From assembly GCF_009914755.1 (NCBI RefSeq), contig NC_060947.1: 64,000 nt of DNA; one strand, given 5' to 3'. The position numbers and the translations under genes were made by a program. This document shows, piece by piece, positions 40,101 through 53,860 of this stretch. Source of the DNA: the human T2T-CHM13v2.0 reference genome, Homo sapiens. Within the stretch, counting starts at the first letter, position 1, and every line of letters begins with the position of its first letter. The notes beneath the pieces were generated by a model. The model was not told the origin of the DNA and searched no databases. It saw only the letters and a program-made list of their open reading frames with translations.

Positions 40101-42442
40101 CTATCGCAAGGACAAAAAACCAAACACCGCATGTTCTCACTCATAGGTGGGAACTGAACAATGAGAACACATGGACACAGGAAGGGGAACATCACACACT
40201 GGGGACTGTTGTAGGATGGGGGGAGGGATAGCATTAGGAGATATACCTAATGCTAAATGAGGAGTTAATGGGTGCAGCACACCAATATGGCACATGTATA
40301 CATATGTAACAAACCTGCACGTTGTGCACATGTACCCTGAAACTTAAAGTATAATAATAATAATAAGAAGAAGAAGAAATAAAACCCTGAAGAATCCACA
40401 ACAAAAACCGATTGCTCATGATAAACAAACTTAGTAAAGTTTTAGGATACAAAATCAACTTACAAAAATTAGTAGCATTTCTACATGCCAACAGTGAACA
40501 ATTTGGAAAAGAAATAAAAATGGAATCCCATTTACAACAGCCACAAATAAAATTAAATACCTAGGAATTAACCAAATAAGTGAAAGACTTATATAATAAA
40601 AACTATAAAACACTGGTAAATGAAATTGTAGAGGACACCAAAAAATGGAAACATATTCCATGTTAATGGATTGGAAGAATCAATATTGTTAAAATGTCCA
40701 CACTACCAAAGCAATATACAGATTCAATTCAATCCCTATCAAAATACCAATGGAATGTTTCACAGAAATAGAAAAAAAAAGTCCTAAAATTTATATAGGA
40801 CCACAAAAGACCCAGAATAGCCAAATCTATAATAACCAAAAATAACAAAATTGAAGGAATCACATTACCTGACTTCAAGTTATCATTCAGAGACATAGTA
40901 CTCAAAACAGCATAGTACTGGCAAAAAAGCACACATATAGACCAAAGGAACAGAATAGATAAACCAAAACCAAATCCACTCATCTACGGTAAATTCATTG
41001 TTGACCATTGTGCCAAGTACATAAACTGGGGAAAAGATAATCTCTTCAAGAAATGGTGCTGGGAAAACTAGATATCCATATGCAGAAGAATGAATCTAGA
41101 CCCCCCATATCCCTCTCCACATTAAAAAATATAATTAAAATAGATTAAAGACCTCTAACTGTAAAACAACTACAAGAAATCATTGGAGGAAATCTCCAAG
41201 ATATTGGTCTGGGCAAAAAATTCTTAAGCAATACCCCACAAGCACAGGCAACCAAAGCAAAAATGAACAAAAGGCATCACATCAAGTTAAAAGCTTCTCC
41301 TCAGCAAAGGAAACAATCAACAAAGTGAAGTGGCAACCCACAGAAAGGGAGAAAATATATGCAGACTAACATTCTGACAAAGGATTAATAACCAGAATAC
41401 ATAAGAAGCTGAAACACCTCTAGAGGGAAACAATCTAATGATCCCATTAAAATATGCAAAAGATTTGAATAGACATTTCTTAAAAGAAGACACACAAATA
41501 GCAGAAAGGCACGTGAAAAGGTGCTCAACATCACCAATCATCAGAGAAATGCAATTTAAAGCAACAATAAAATATAATCTTACCCCAGTTAAAATGGTTA
41601 TATTCAAAAATAGGCAATAACAAATGTTGGCAAGGATGTGAAGAAAAAAGAATCCTTGTACACTGTTGGTGGGCAGATGAATTAATATAACCACTATGGA
41701 GAACAGTTTGGATGTTACTCATAAAACTAGAAATAGAGTATTATAAGATCCAGCAATCCTACTGTTGGGCATATACCCCCAAAAAAGGAAATCAGTATAT
41801 AAAAGAGATATCTGCATGCCCATGTTTGTTGCAGCTGTTTACAATAGCTAAGATTTGGGATCAATCAAGTGTTCATCAACAGATGAGTGGATTCTTTTTA
41901 AATGTGGTATACATACACAACAGAGTACTATTCAGCCATAAAAAGAATGAGATCCTGTTATTTGAAACATCATGGATAGAAGTTAAATTCATTAAGCTAA
42001 GTGAAATAAGCCAGGCACAGAAAGACAAACATCAAATATTCACTCACTTATTTGTGGTATCTAAAAATCAAAACAATTAAACTCATGAACATGGAGAGTA
42101 GATGTATGGTTACCAGGGGCTGGGAAGGGTAGTGGCGGATTTGGGGGAAGGTGAGGATAGTGAATGTGTACAAAAAAATATAGGGAGAAAGAATGAATAA
42201 GGCCTACTATTTGATAGCACAACAAGGTGACTATAGTTAATAACAATTTTGTTGTACATTTTGAAATAACTAAAGAGTATAATTGGATTTTTTAACACAA
42301 AAGATAAATACTTAAAAGTATGGATACCTCATTCTTCACGATGCGATTATTAAACATTTTGTGCCTGTATCAAAACGTCTCATGTGCAATCAATATTTAT
42401 ATATATGTACCAACTATGTACCCACAGTAATTAAAACTAAAA
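34187..42442 (+). mobile_element. Full-length decayed LINE-1 (L1MA1-3-like) containing a nested L1PA
   Basis: 5' 'ggggcagagcaagatg', long repetitive 5'UTR, ORF1/ORF2 remnants ([25 protein letters not shown]) and L1MA-type 3'UTR 'gatagcacaacaaggtgactatagt...ctatgtacccac'. Confidence 0.9.
39809..40380 (+). mobile_element. 5'-truncated L1PA4/5-like insertion
   Basis: Near-consensus ORF2 end (MFTVALFTIAKTWNQPKCP...SLIGGN) and 3'UTR. Perfect 17-bp TSD AAAACCCTGAAGAATCC (39792-39808 / 40381-40397). Confidence 0.95.
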
Positions 42443-43689
42443 GTCACAATAAAGCATAATGGCATTCACTTACAGCAAACTTTAATATCTTATATAGTGT
42501 TGAGCATATTAGAAATTCAGTCAAAACTAGGACATTTTTAATTAATGTATGGATTGAGAGCTAGAGAAAATTTAAAAATTGTTTCAGTAGTATCTGGATT
42601 AATGGAATTTGTTTCATAAGTAATATTCACTTAATAGGAAATTTAAAGTAGTATTTACTAAAACGCTCTGCCAATGATGCTCTAGAATTGACTTTTATAA
42701 ATAGAGGATAGGTCATGTCTGACTACACAGTGTTTTTCTGGAAGTACGGCTATACAGTCAAGTCATGAAGATGACACTCAGAAACGTGATATAAACTGTA
42801 TGGTCACCAGAGCTGATTCCTTTGCTCAATCAATAATTCCTTTACAATGTTCCTGCAAATTTCTCCATCCAGGTGCCATCAGTTCTATCCATTAAAAAAG
42901 TCATTTTGTAATGCAATTCTTTGGTCAAGGGATTGAAACTATGATCTTCAAATCTAAGACAGAATGATGTATCTTGGTTGTATGACAGCAGTGTTAATGT
43001 AGTCAACAATGGTATATTTGAAATAGAAATGAATGACTAGCTTTCAAATATGAGTTTTAAATAAATTAATGAGCTATTTGCCTGGACCACTCCAGTCCTT
43101 GGATGGTTACTTAGATGTGTTTGGGCAATTGGACTTTAAACACCCAGTTTTACCCAGCCACATATCATCAAGCTGCCTAGTTCATCATTGCCTGGTAATT
43201 TCTGATAAGTGATTATACCTACCTTGCCCAATAACAGTGTATAAGTGTTTAGGGATGGAGGCAGCATTTAGGGTAAGTCAGCTGAGGAATCTCTTTGAGA
43301 CTGCTCTAGGCAATAGCACAGAAATTTCATCCAGAATAGCTGAAGATGTTGTAGTTATGGGACCCTCTCATTTAAGTGTTGTTACTCTTCTAGACTTTCT
43401 TAAGTACTTGCCTGAAAATGTATGAAACTCTTAACTCTTAATTCGCCTCCTTAAATATAACTCTTCTTTCTTCCTTGTTATGCCTTTGGAGAAACATGTG
43501 GCTGAATTGAAAACGATTTTTGTTTTAAATATTATTTCATGAGTCTTTGTCTCTCTATAAGGGTCCATTCATTGTTCTTTATATCTCCTTTGAACCAGAA
43601 AATTAGTCATTCATCAGACTAATAACTGCTATTGGAGTGTGACTGTTTTCATGTAAGTCATCAATGAACTCTCTGCCTGTTAGATCTAC

Positions 43690-43840
43690 AGAGTTATTTT
43701 CTCTGTTCTTATTCTCTATGATCTCTCTGTTATATATGACTCTAATAATGAATTCCTCCTTGAAACACTTTTCTCTTCTTCAGTTTGTATAACTAGACTC
43801 AATACTGATTTCTGTCTTTGACTCTTGCTTCTCCAGTCAT
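43690..43840 (+). mobile_element. L2 internal fragment
   Basis: 'cctccttgaaacacttttctc' L2 motif. Confidence 0.5.
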
Positions 43841-43865
43841 TTGGGAAATAAATATTAAAAAACAA

Positions 43866-43981
43866 GGGAGTGAAAGAAAGCTCAAGAAGGGAGAGAGAGG
43901 AAAAAAGAGAGAGAGAGGTGGAGAGAAAAGGAGGAGGGGAGGAGGGTGAGGAAGACAAGTACGACGAGTGGGAGGAGGAGA
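43866..43981. repeat. GA-rich low-complexity tract
   Basis: Polypurine GAG/GA repeats. Confidence 0.8.
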
Positions 43982-44104
43982 ATGGCTTGTTAATGGTGGA
44001 AATTATCATAATACCTGTGTCAATGTTTGCCTCGTGTCACTTGTTACCAGTACAACCAAAGTATAGATTGCACAGGATTGGACGTATAACAATAAGTTAC
44101 CACT

Positions 44105-44330
44105 CCAGCACTTACTATGTTTCAGACACCGAGGGATAAATTTAACATGTTGTTTAGTCTTCAAATCAGCCTTCAAAGTAAGTAACAATATTCTTATTTT
44201 ATAAATGCAGCAAGTAAAACAGAAAATTTAGATAAATTGTGCGTAATCATACATTTACTAAGTGATAAAGCCAAGATTTGGACCCAGTTCTGTCTCCAGA
44301 GCTTAAGCTCTATTGATGATATTATACTGT
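44105..44330 (-). mobile_element. MIR
   Basis: 'agcacttactatg...attttataaatg...aagccaagatttggacccag...tctccagagc'. Confidence 0.7.
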
Positions 44331-44916
44331 CTAAGGAAGTCAGGCACCAATTTTAATCATAAACATTTAAGAAATGGTATGCTTCAATGACTTATATTTA
44401 TAAAGATTTATAATTAAAATAAAACTAATTGGTCTGTCTGTTCATTTTCTGGACTATTAATTTAGAGTGTGTTTTTCTTTATACCTTAAATTACTTTAAA
44501 TGTCTAGTGTAAAGTTTGCTTAGATTATACCTTGTTGTTTAAGATCATATTCCCCTGAGTAGCAAGAAAACGGTAAACGCTAGTTCTTCACAGTAATTAA
44601 TTATGGATTCTGTAATACAATGGGACAAGTTACTCTAAAAAAATTCTATTGAAAGCCAGTTACCTGTGTCATTACTGAGAAATCTGTACCTTTTCAGCTG
44701 CCAGTGCTCACATATCCATTTTCCCATTTCTCTATAAAATGAGCATCTCTAAGAATTCTAAAGAGCTTCTTCATGTTCAACTTACAGTGATATTTTAATA
44801 AGGCTTCTGTGCACTTGATATCATAAAAATTCACGTAAAACTCAAAGGCCAATAATTCCAGTAATTTATGTATTTTGGTCAGTGTTTCATACTTTTGAAA
44901 AAAATATATATCATTT

Positions 44917-45293
44917 TGCAAATGGTTAGGCTTTGTGTCCCCACTCAAATCTCCTCTTAAATTGTAATCCCCATAATCCCCATGTGTCGAGGGAGAGATC
45001 TAGTTGGAGGTGGTTAGATCACGGGGGCAGTGTCCCCAGTGTTGTTCTCCTGGTAGTGAATGAGTTCTCATGAGATCTGATCATTTTATAAGTCTCTGAC
45101 AGATCCTTCTTCACATACTTGCTCTCTCTCACCTGTCGACATGTGAGATGTGCCTTTTCCCCTTCTGCCATGATTGTAAGTTTCCTGAGGCCTCCCCAGC
45201 CATGTGGAACTGTGAGTCAATTAAACTTCTTTTCTTTATAAATGACCCAGTCTTGGGCAGTTCTTTATAGCAGTGTGAAAACAGACTAATACA
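44917..45293 (+). mobile_element. MaLR solo LTR (THE1D/MSTA-like)
   Basis: 'tgtgtccccactcaaatctc...gccatgattgtaagtttcctgaggcctccccagccatgtggaactgtgagtcaattaaac...gactaataca'. Confidence 0.9.
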
Positions 45294-45431
45294 GGCTGGA
45301 TCAAGGTTAATAAGTCAACCTTGAGATTCTACAATATTTATAAATGTAGAAAACCAAATAGCAAAAACAAAGAGCTATCAAAGCCATGAAACATAGGTCT
45401 CTCTCTTATGATAGTCTACCTATGTATCTTT

Positions 45432-45725
45432 TGAGGTAGGCAAAATTCTAAAAATGCCCTTATCCCAAGATTTATGTGACATGGTTATTCAATCATATAT
45501 ATTAATACTATTGAAAAAGTGACTTGCTGATATAATTAAGATTGCTAATAAGCTGACTTTAAGACAGGGAGATTATCATGGATCCTGGAATATTTTGGTG
45601 GGCTCTTAAAGCAAAAGAAGAGGACATAAGATTCATTCAGAAAGATGAGGCAGAACTTGAATTCAGAAAGTCTGAAGAAGCACTTAATTCACCATTGATG
45701 GAGGGCAGCCACATAGAAAGCAATA
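45432..45725 (+). mobile_element. MaLR LTR 5' part (MLT1E-like)
   Basis: 'tgaggtaggcaaaattctaa...gctgactttaagacagggagattatc'. Confidence 0.6.
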
Positions 45726-46394
45726 GAAAACTAATACACACTTATTTGGTACATAAATAACTACCTTTGGCCTGTATTGATTTCCTGTCATTCAGGCATA
45801 CACCTTTGTGTACATGCACAAATACTAACTGTAAAAACCTTTAAGAAAATATCCAAAGCTTAAAGTATAGGAAATACTACATCATAAAGATGCATGCCAA
45901 AAAGAAAGAGAAAAATGGTTCATCCAATCTTAGGTAAAACTGTGAGTCAGCATGGTCTCTTCCCACTTCTTTCTTAATTCCCATTTTCCCAGACTTTATT
46001 TGAGTGACCCTACTTTTTTTTTTTTCCTGTGGCTTAAGCCATTCAGGGCTCTTTTGCTACTCCATGGCAAGAACTCTCTCACTAGATTTGCACTAAATGT
46101 GTTTTTGCTTATAATATTATAGGATTTGTATTAATAGTCTCTTAGTAAAACTATTGGGTGTTGTGTCCCCAGTGTTATCCCCAATGTTAATAAAACTATT
46201 AAGGGACTATTACAGTATAAGGGACTATAAGAGTAGAGAAAATTCCTTTGTGTAATTCCTCCTATTGTTAAATAACAACAGAAACACTTATATTTTGTGG
46301 GAAACATCAGAGGAGAGGCTGTATCTCATTTATTTTTATTGAATTAAAAAAAGAGTATAGTGTCTGATAATTCCTAAATTGGCCATGTTACCAA

Positions 46395-47068
46395 GATAAT
46401 TTATTGCCACATATTGCAGACTTTCTTTTTTTGAAAAACTGAACAGTACATATTGTACATATGTAACACATTTTCTTTATCCATCCATCTGGCAATGGAC
46501 ATTTAGGTTGTTTCCACTTTCTGGCTATTGTGCACAGTGCTGCAATGAGCATAGGAGTGTTAAGATCTCTTCAAGACTCTGATTTACATTCTTTTGGATA
46601 AAGATATCCAGTTAAAAGGCAATCCGTGTAATAGGAGAAAATATTCGTAAACCACATATATGATCAAGGGTTAATTTCCAAAATATATAATGAGCTTCTG
46701 CAACTAAATGGCCAAAACCTAATAATATAACTGAAAAGTTTGCAAAGGGCCCGAATCAACATTTTTCCAAAGAAGACATACAGACTGCCAGTGGGTATAT
46801 GAAAAGGTGCTCAACATCGCTAATCATCAGAGAAATGCAAGTCAAAACCACAGAGAAATACCTGCTCACACCTGTCAGGTCTGCTACTATCAAAAAACAA
46901 AACAAAACAAACAAAAAACCCACAAGGGATGGTAAGAACGTAGAGAAATTTGAATCTTTGTGCACTGTTGATGGGAAGGCAAAATGGTGTAGTTTCTTGG
47001 GAGAGCAGTATGAAGATTTGTTAAATAATTAAAAATAGAACTACCAATTCATCCAGCAGTACTTCTTA
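46395..47068 (-). mobile_element. L1MA-like element with 5' inversion (antisense about 46395-46611, sense about 46612-47068)
   Basis: The two oppositely oriented pieces are adjacent in the L1 consensus. The sense piece encodes [17 protein letters not shown]. Confidence 0.75.
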
Positions 47069-47680
47069 AAATTTAGAGAAGAAGGCTGAATTGCTTAAAA
47101 ATGAGCCAAAGAACATTGAAGGGCACATAACACACTAGTACCATCTAATATCTGTGCATTCCCAGCATCTAGACCTACAATTAGACTTGAGGGGAAGTAT
47201 GATAACTTACAGTGAGAGTTCACTAGAAGTCAAAAGCCAGTGCTACAGGCCGCATAACTAAGAAAGAAGCTTAAGACTGCCAAGAATTGTTCTTGGTACA
47301 GGAAAGTAGTTTATTGTGCACTTGCTCTTGGGTTTGTTTGCATTGCATTTGTTCTTGAAAATGAAGTCATAGCACAGTAGCCTTTCTTCCTTGGTCTGTT
47401 TAGTGCTCTGGATTTTTTCTTAATCCCTCCAAACTACTAAGTCACTGACTAACAGTGTCGATTTAAAATTTTGCCTTCTCTGCATCTAGATCTGAAAGAT
47501 TAATGCAAAGACTTATACCAGTTTCTTATAGAACTTATCTCAATTCCTACTTAACTATGGAAAAATAATAAGCAATCATAAATATTCTGATGCCAGAATT
47601 TCTAAAAAGAAAAATGAAAATAACCAAATATGTGAAAATACACTGCAATTCAAAAGAAAGTATCATTAAGAATCAGAAGA

Positions 47681-48040
<360 letters not shown>

Positions 48041-48345
48041 TTATTTTTTCCTCAATGAGATTTAAGAATATAATTGGTCAAAAAATAAATAAATAAAACA
48101 ATAGTAGAATAAGCAATTTTAAAGAGATGAATTGAAGCTACAGACCTACACACACACACATAAAGAATTTTTTTCAAGTAGTATTGTTAAATTTAAAGCT
48201 TCAAAGGGAATACCATATAATAAGGTAATATTTGAATTTAAAAGGTAGTATATAGATTCAAAACATTCATCCAGGACCCAGGAAGTAGTAACGTGATAAA
48301 AACAAACAAACAAAACAACAGTAGAAGAAGGTATGAAAAACTTGG

Positions 48346-48888
48346 TGTATGTATCAGGGTTCTCCACAGAAATAGAACTAATAGGATATATAGAGATTTA
48401 TAAGAGAAGATTTATTATAAGAATTGGTTTACGCAACTATAAAGGAAAATGAGCTCTGCGGTCTGTCACCTATAAGCGGAAGAACCAGTGGTGTAAGTCA
48501 GTTAAAGTCTGAGGGCCTCAGAACCTTGGGGAATTGACAGGGGTAATAATGTAACTCCCAGTCCAAGGCCAAAGGTCTGAGAACTAGCAGAGTTATTTCT
48601 GAAAGTCCTGGAGTCTGAAGGCCCAAGAACCAGGATTTCTAATGTCTCAGTTCAAAAGAAGATCAATGTTCCAGCTCTAGAAGAGAGAGAGTTTGTTTTT
48701 TCTCTGCCTTTTTTTTCCTCTCTGGGCCCTCAATGGGTTAACTGAAGTAAACTTAATTACTCAGTGTACTGATTGAAATGCTAATCTCTTCTGAAAACAG
48801 CTTCACAAACATACATGGAAATAATGCTTTATGATCTTCTGAGCAGCCCTTAGCCTAGACAAGGTGACACACAAAATTAACCATCAAA
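48346..48888 (-). mobile_element. ERVL solo LTR (MLT2C/D-like)
   Basis: 'tcagggttctccacagaaatagaactaataggat...tgacacacaaaattaaccatca'. Confidence 0.8.
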
Positions 48889-49061
48889 GTGGACAAATCT
48901 AAGGAATCCCAATACACACAAAAGAGAAATTTTAGATGAGTCAGACACAATGTAATAAAAGGGAAAACCAAAGAACAGTGGAGAGAAAATTTTCTGAGCT
49001 GAACAAACATTTAACCTTGTAGTTTAAAAGAAATTACTAATAGTCATATATAATGTGAACT

Positions 49062-49200
49062 ATGTCTATGTATGTGTGTATGTGTCTGTGTGTGTATGTG
49101 TGTATGTGTGTATGTGTGTGTGTGTGTGTGAGAGAGAGAGAAAGACAGAGAGAGAAAGAGAGAGAGAGAGAAAGAGAGAGAAAGAAAGAGAGAAAGATGA
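49062..49200. repeat. Compound (TG)n/(GA)n microsatellite
   Basis: TG/TATG tract followed directly by a GA/GAAA tract. Confidence 0.92.
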
Positions 49201-49666
49201 GACTGGCAAGGAGACATAACACCTAGGAATATTATATATTATTTTGGTAAAAGTTTTAAATTTCAAAGACAATAATTACATTAAATCAGGAAAATTTAAA
49301 TTTTATTCATACAAATTGACAGTAACTTTGAATGTACAAAGCTCAATTATTTAAATAAAATAACATTTAAATAATTATTTAAATAACATATTTAAATAAT
49401 TATTTAAATAAAATAACATTGCAGTATATATTTTTAAAAATAAGTAGAGCTATAAGAAGAATCAGGAGAAAGACATTTATAACAGGGAACTATGAAAAGG
49501 CCCGCAAATATTTTATATATCAAACAAAGCAGAAAAAAATAATAAATAGAAATATAGAAAAATTTTGTTATAATTAATAGGTGGTCTTGCAGGAAAGACA
49601 ACACAGCCAATGTCTTAACCCCTTTTCCAAAATCCAATTGAAAGAAAATAAACACAAAATGGAGGA

Positions 49667-51648
49667 TATACAAATAGGAACAGAGGAAGTCAAATTGTGT
49701 CTGTTTGCAGATGACATGATTGTATATTTAGAAAACACCATCATCTCAGCCCCAAAACACCTTAAGCTGATAAGCAGCTTCAACAAAGTCTCAGGATACA
49801 AAATCAATGTGAAAAAAATCACAAGCATTCCTATACACCAATAATAGAAAAAGACAGAGTCAAATCATGAGTGAATTCCCATTCACAATTCTCTCTTCAC
49901 AAAGAGAATAAAATACCTAGAAATATAACTTACAAGGGATGCAAAGGACCTCTTTAAGAAGAAGTAAAAACCACTGCTCAAGGAAATCAGAGAAGACAAA
50001 AACAAATTGAAAAACATTCCATGCTCATGGATAGGAAGAAGTAATATCATGAAAATGACCATACTGCCCAAAGTAATTCAGAGATTCAATGCTATTCCTA
50101 TCAAAATACCATTTACTTTCTTCGCAGAATTATAAAAACTACTTTAAATTTCATACGAAACCAAAAAAGAGCCCGTATAGCCAAGATAATCATAAGCAAA
50201 AAGAACAAAGCTGGAGGTGTCATGCTACGTGATTTCAAACTATACTACAAGGCTACACTACAAAAACAGCATGGTACTGGTACCAAAACAGATATATAGA
50301 CCAATGGAACAGAACAGAGGCTTCGGAAATAACACCACACATCTACAACCATCTGATCTTTGACAAACCTGACAAAAACAAGCAATGGGGAAAGGATTCC
50401 CTATTTAATAAATGGTGTTGGGAAAACTGTCTAGCCATATGCAGAAAACTGAAGCTGGACCCCTTCCTTACATATTATACAAAAATTAACTCAAGAAGGA
50501 TTAAAGACTTAAATGTATAACCTAAAACCATACAAACTCTAGAAGAAAACCTAGGCAATACCATTCGGGACATACACATGGGCAAAGACTTCATAACTAA
50601 AACACCAAAAGCAATGGCAACAAAAGCCAAATTTGACAAATGAGATCTAATTAAACTAAAGAGCTTCTGCACAGTAAAAGAAACTATCATCAGAGTGAAC
50701 AGGCAACCTACAGAATGGGAGAAAATTTTTGCAATTTATCCATCTGACAAAGGGCTAAAATCCACAGTCTACAAAGAACAAACAAAATTACAAGAAAAAA
50801 AACAACCCCATCAAAATTGGGCAAAGGATATGAACAGAAACTTCTCAAAAGAAGACATTTATGCAGCCAACAAACATATGAAAGAAAGCTCATCACTGGT
50901 CATTAGAGAAATGCAAATCAAAATCACAATGAGATACCATCTCATTCCAGTTAGAATGGCGATCATTAAAAAGTCAGGAAACAACAGATGCTGGAGAGGA
51001 TGTGGAGAAACAGGAATGCTTTTACACTGTTGGTGGGAGTGTAAATTAGTTCAATCATTGTGGAAGACAATGTGGCGATTCCTGAAGGATGCTTCAGGAA
51101 TCAGAAATACCATTTGACCCAGCAATCCCATTACTGGGTATATACCCAACGGATTATAAATCATTCTACTATAAAGACACAGGGACATGTGTGTTTCTTG
51201 TGGCACTGTTCACAATAGCGAAGACTTGGAACCAACCCAAATGCCCATCAATGATAGACTGGATAAAGAAAATGTGGCACATATACACTATGGAATACTA
51301 AGGAGCCATAAAAAGGATGAGTTCATGTCCTTTGCAGGGACATGGATGAAGCTGGAAACCATCATTCTCAGCAAACTAACACAAGAACAGGAAACCAAAC
51401 ACCGCATGTTCTCACACGTAAGTGGGAGTTGAACAATGAGAACACATGGACACTGGGAGGGGCACATCACACACTGGGCCTGTTGGGGGGTGGGGGGCTA
51501 GGGGAGGGATAGCATTAGGAGAAATACCTAATGTAGATGACGGGCTGATGGGTTCAGCAAACCACCATGGCACGTGTATACCTATGTAACAAACCTGCAC
51601 GTTCTACACATGTACCCCAGAACTTAAAGTATATTAAAAAAAAAAAAA
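49667..51648 (+). mobile_element. 5'-truncated L1PA6/7-like element
   Basis: Starts at the RT domain ([14 protein letters not shown]), then zinc-knuckle region (RCWRGCGE...HCWWEC), 3'UTR and poly(A). Confidence 0.93.
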
Positions 51649-52330
51649 TCAGGAAACCAGGAAACAACAGATGCTGGAGAGGATGTGGAGAAATAAAAAT
51701 GCTTTTACACTGTTGATGGGAGTGTAAATTAGTTCAACCATTGTGTAAGAAAGTGTGGTTATTGCTGAAGGATCTGGAACCAGAAATACCATTTGGCCCA
51801 GCAATCCCATTACTGGGTATATACCCAAAGGATTATAAATCATTCTTCTATAAAGACACATGCACACGTATGTTTATTACTGCACTATTCACAGTAGCAA
51901 AGACTTGGAACCAACCCAAATGCCCATCAATGTTAAACTGGATAAAGAAAATGTGGCACATATACACCATGGAATACTATGTAGCCATAAAAAAAGAATG
52001 AGTTCATGTCCTTTGCAGGGACATGGATGAAGCTGGAAACCATCATTCTCAGCAAACTAACACAGGAACAGAAAACCAAACACTGCATGTTCTCACTCAT
52101 AAGTGGGAGTTGAACAATGAGAACACATGGACACAGGGAGGGGAACATCACACACCGGGCCCTGTCTGGGGGTGAGGGACAAGGGGAGGGATAGCATTAG
52201 GAGAAATACTTAATGTAGATAACGTGTTGATGGGTTCAGCAAACCACCATTGCACATGTATATATACGTAACAAACCTGCACGATCTGCACATGTATCCC
52301 AGAACTTAAACTATAATAAATAAATTAAAA
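51649..52330 (+). mobile_element. Second L1PA6/7-like 3' end in tandem
   Basis: Repeats the consensus from 'caggaaacaacagatgctgg' to 'agaacttaaactataataaa'. Confidence 0.92.
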
Positions 52331-52639
52331 ATATATATTCTGTTTTTTAAAAAGTCATATAAAAGGAACACGTTGTGTGTACTGGTAGAGATTTGCTACT
52401 TTGGACTGCAAGTATGAAGGTAAACATGACCAAAACGAGTATGTGTATAGGTAGGAGATAGAAATGAGGGTGCAAGAGCGAGATAATAAAGAACTTTATG
52501 TTCTAAGCTAAAGAATTTGCATTTTATTACATTAGGTAATGGGACAGTCATTGCAGATTTTTTAAATATCAAAAGTAATGCAAACTCACCTTGAACATTC
52601 AAACAATATAGAAGTGTACAGAGTAAAAAGTAAGATTCT

Positions 52640-52935
52640 TATTTTTAATTTCATATATTTAAGGTGTACAATATGATGCTTTGATATATTAATACATATA
52701 CATAAAGAGGTGATTATGACAGTAAAGGAAATTAAGATAACCATCACCTCACATAGTTACCTTTTATCTGTGTGTTTTGTAAGAGCACCTAAAATCTGCT
52801 CTCTTAGGAAATGTTCAGTATACAATACAATATTATTAACCATACTGCTCATGCTGTGCGTTAGATCTCTAGAGTTATTCATCCTACGTAACTGCAACTT
52901 TCTACCCTTTCACCTACATTTTCCCATTTCCCTCA
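52640..52935 (-). mobile_element. L1MA9-like 3' end
   Basis: 'tatatttaaggtgtacaatatgatg...catcacctcacatagttacc...ttagatctctagag'. Confidence 0.8.
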
Positions 52936-53354
52936 TTTCATAAATTTATTAGTATGACTGATGAGCATGCTTTTAAAGATATTTCAACTTGTTTTATTAA
53001 AGTTAAAGTGTATTTATTTTAAAATGTGAAGGATAGGGTAGGACTTAAATAAAGGTTAAAAATGCACCCACTTTCCAAACTTCTACCTCCAATTCCACTT
53101 GTTAGGGGCAAAACTATGAATAATATCTGGCTTATACTTTTGAAAACTTTCTTTTTTTAACTGAAAATAATAATAATAATAATAATAATCTCTTTTGTGA
53201 GGAAACACCATCAAAAAGATGAGGTATAATGATAATATCAATGCAGAAAATTGTCAGGTTCCCTATCTTTTAAAAAATTCACCAAGAAGAGTTTACAGGG
53301 TGAATTATGTTAGCACTATAAGCAAAATATAATTCCAGTGTTACTCCTGTTAGA

Positions 53355-53492
53355 TTTTAGCTTTAAAGTTTGATATTTGGTCCATCATTTAATTTTGTTC
53401 ATGGATTTTTATTTTTAATAATGTTGCATTAACATATTATCGACCTTGAATTTTTGTGCCCTCTTATATTTGCACCTGAGTAACGTACCTGA
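53355..53492. mobile_element. hAT MITE fragment (MER96-like, tentative)
   Basis: 'tttgatattt...catggatttt...ttgcattaa...tttgcacctgag' resembles the remembered MER96B consensus. Confidence 0.4.
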
Positions 53493-53860
53493 CTTTTAAC
53501 TTTATTAAATTGCCCCAAAGAGTAAGAAAAAAGCATTCTTATTTATTTCTTGTTAAAAATCACACATTAAAAAAAGCTCAGTAAATGAAACTACATCTAC
53601 ATCTGACTTATGAATATTAAAGAAAAAATGTTAACTAAAAATCAAATAAACTGTATAATGAATTAGTCACTCATTAATTTAAAGTTTATTTCTGAGAATG
53701 CAAGAGTGGCTCAGTAAAAGGAAACATGTAACCTAATTTTCTATAAACATAAATAGTATATTGAAAATATAGAGGTGCGGTTGGAGCTTACGGTTCTTGG
53801 GGAGATAGGAGATGATAAGATGGACAAGATAGACCTAGCATTGTATAACAAAAGAGTTTA

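Noticed and set aside
43716-44139. Glu/Arg-rich and Ser/Pro-rich ORFs
   Set aside because: Artefacts of the GA low-complexity tract.
49347-49420. AT-only quasi-palindromic repeat (TTATTTAAATAA units)
   Set aside because: Short low-complexity slippage product with no evidence of function.
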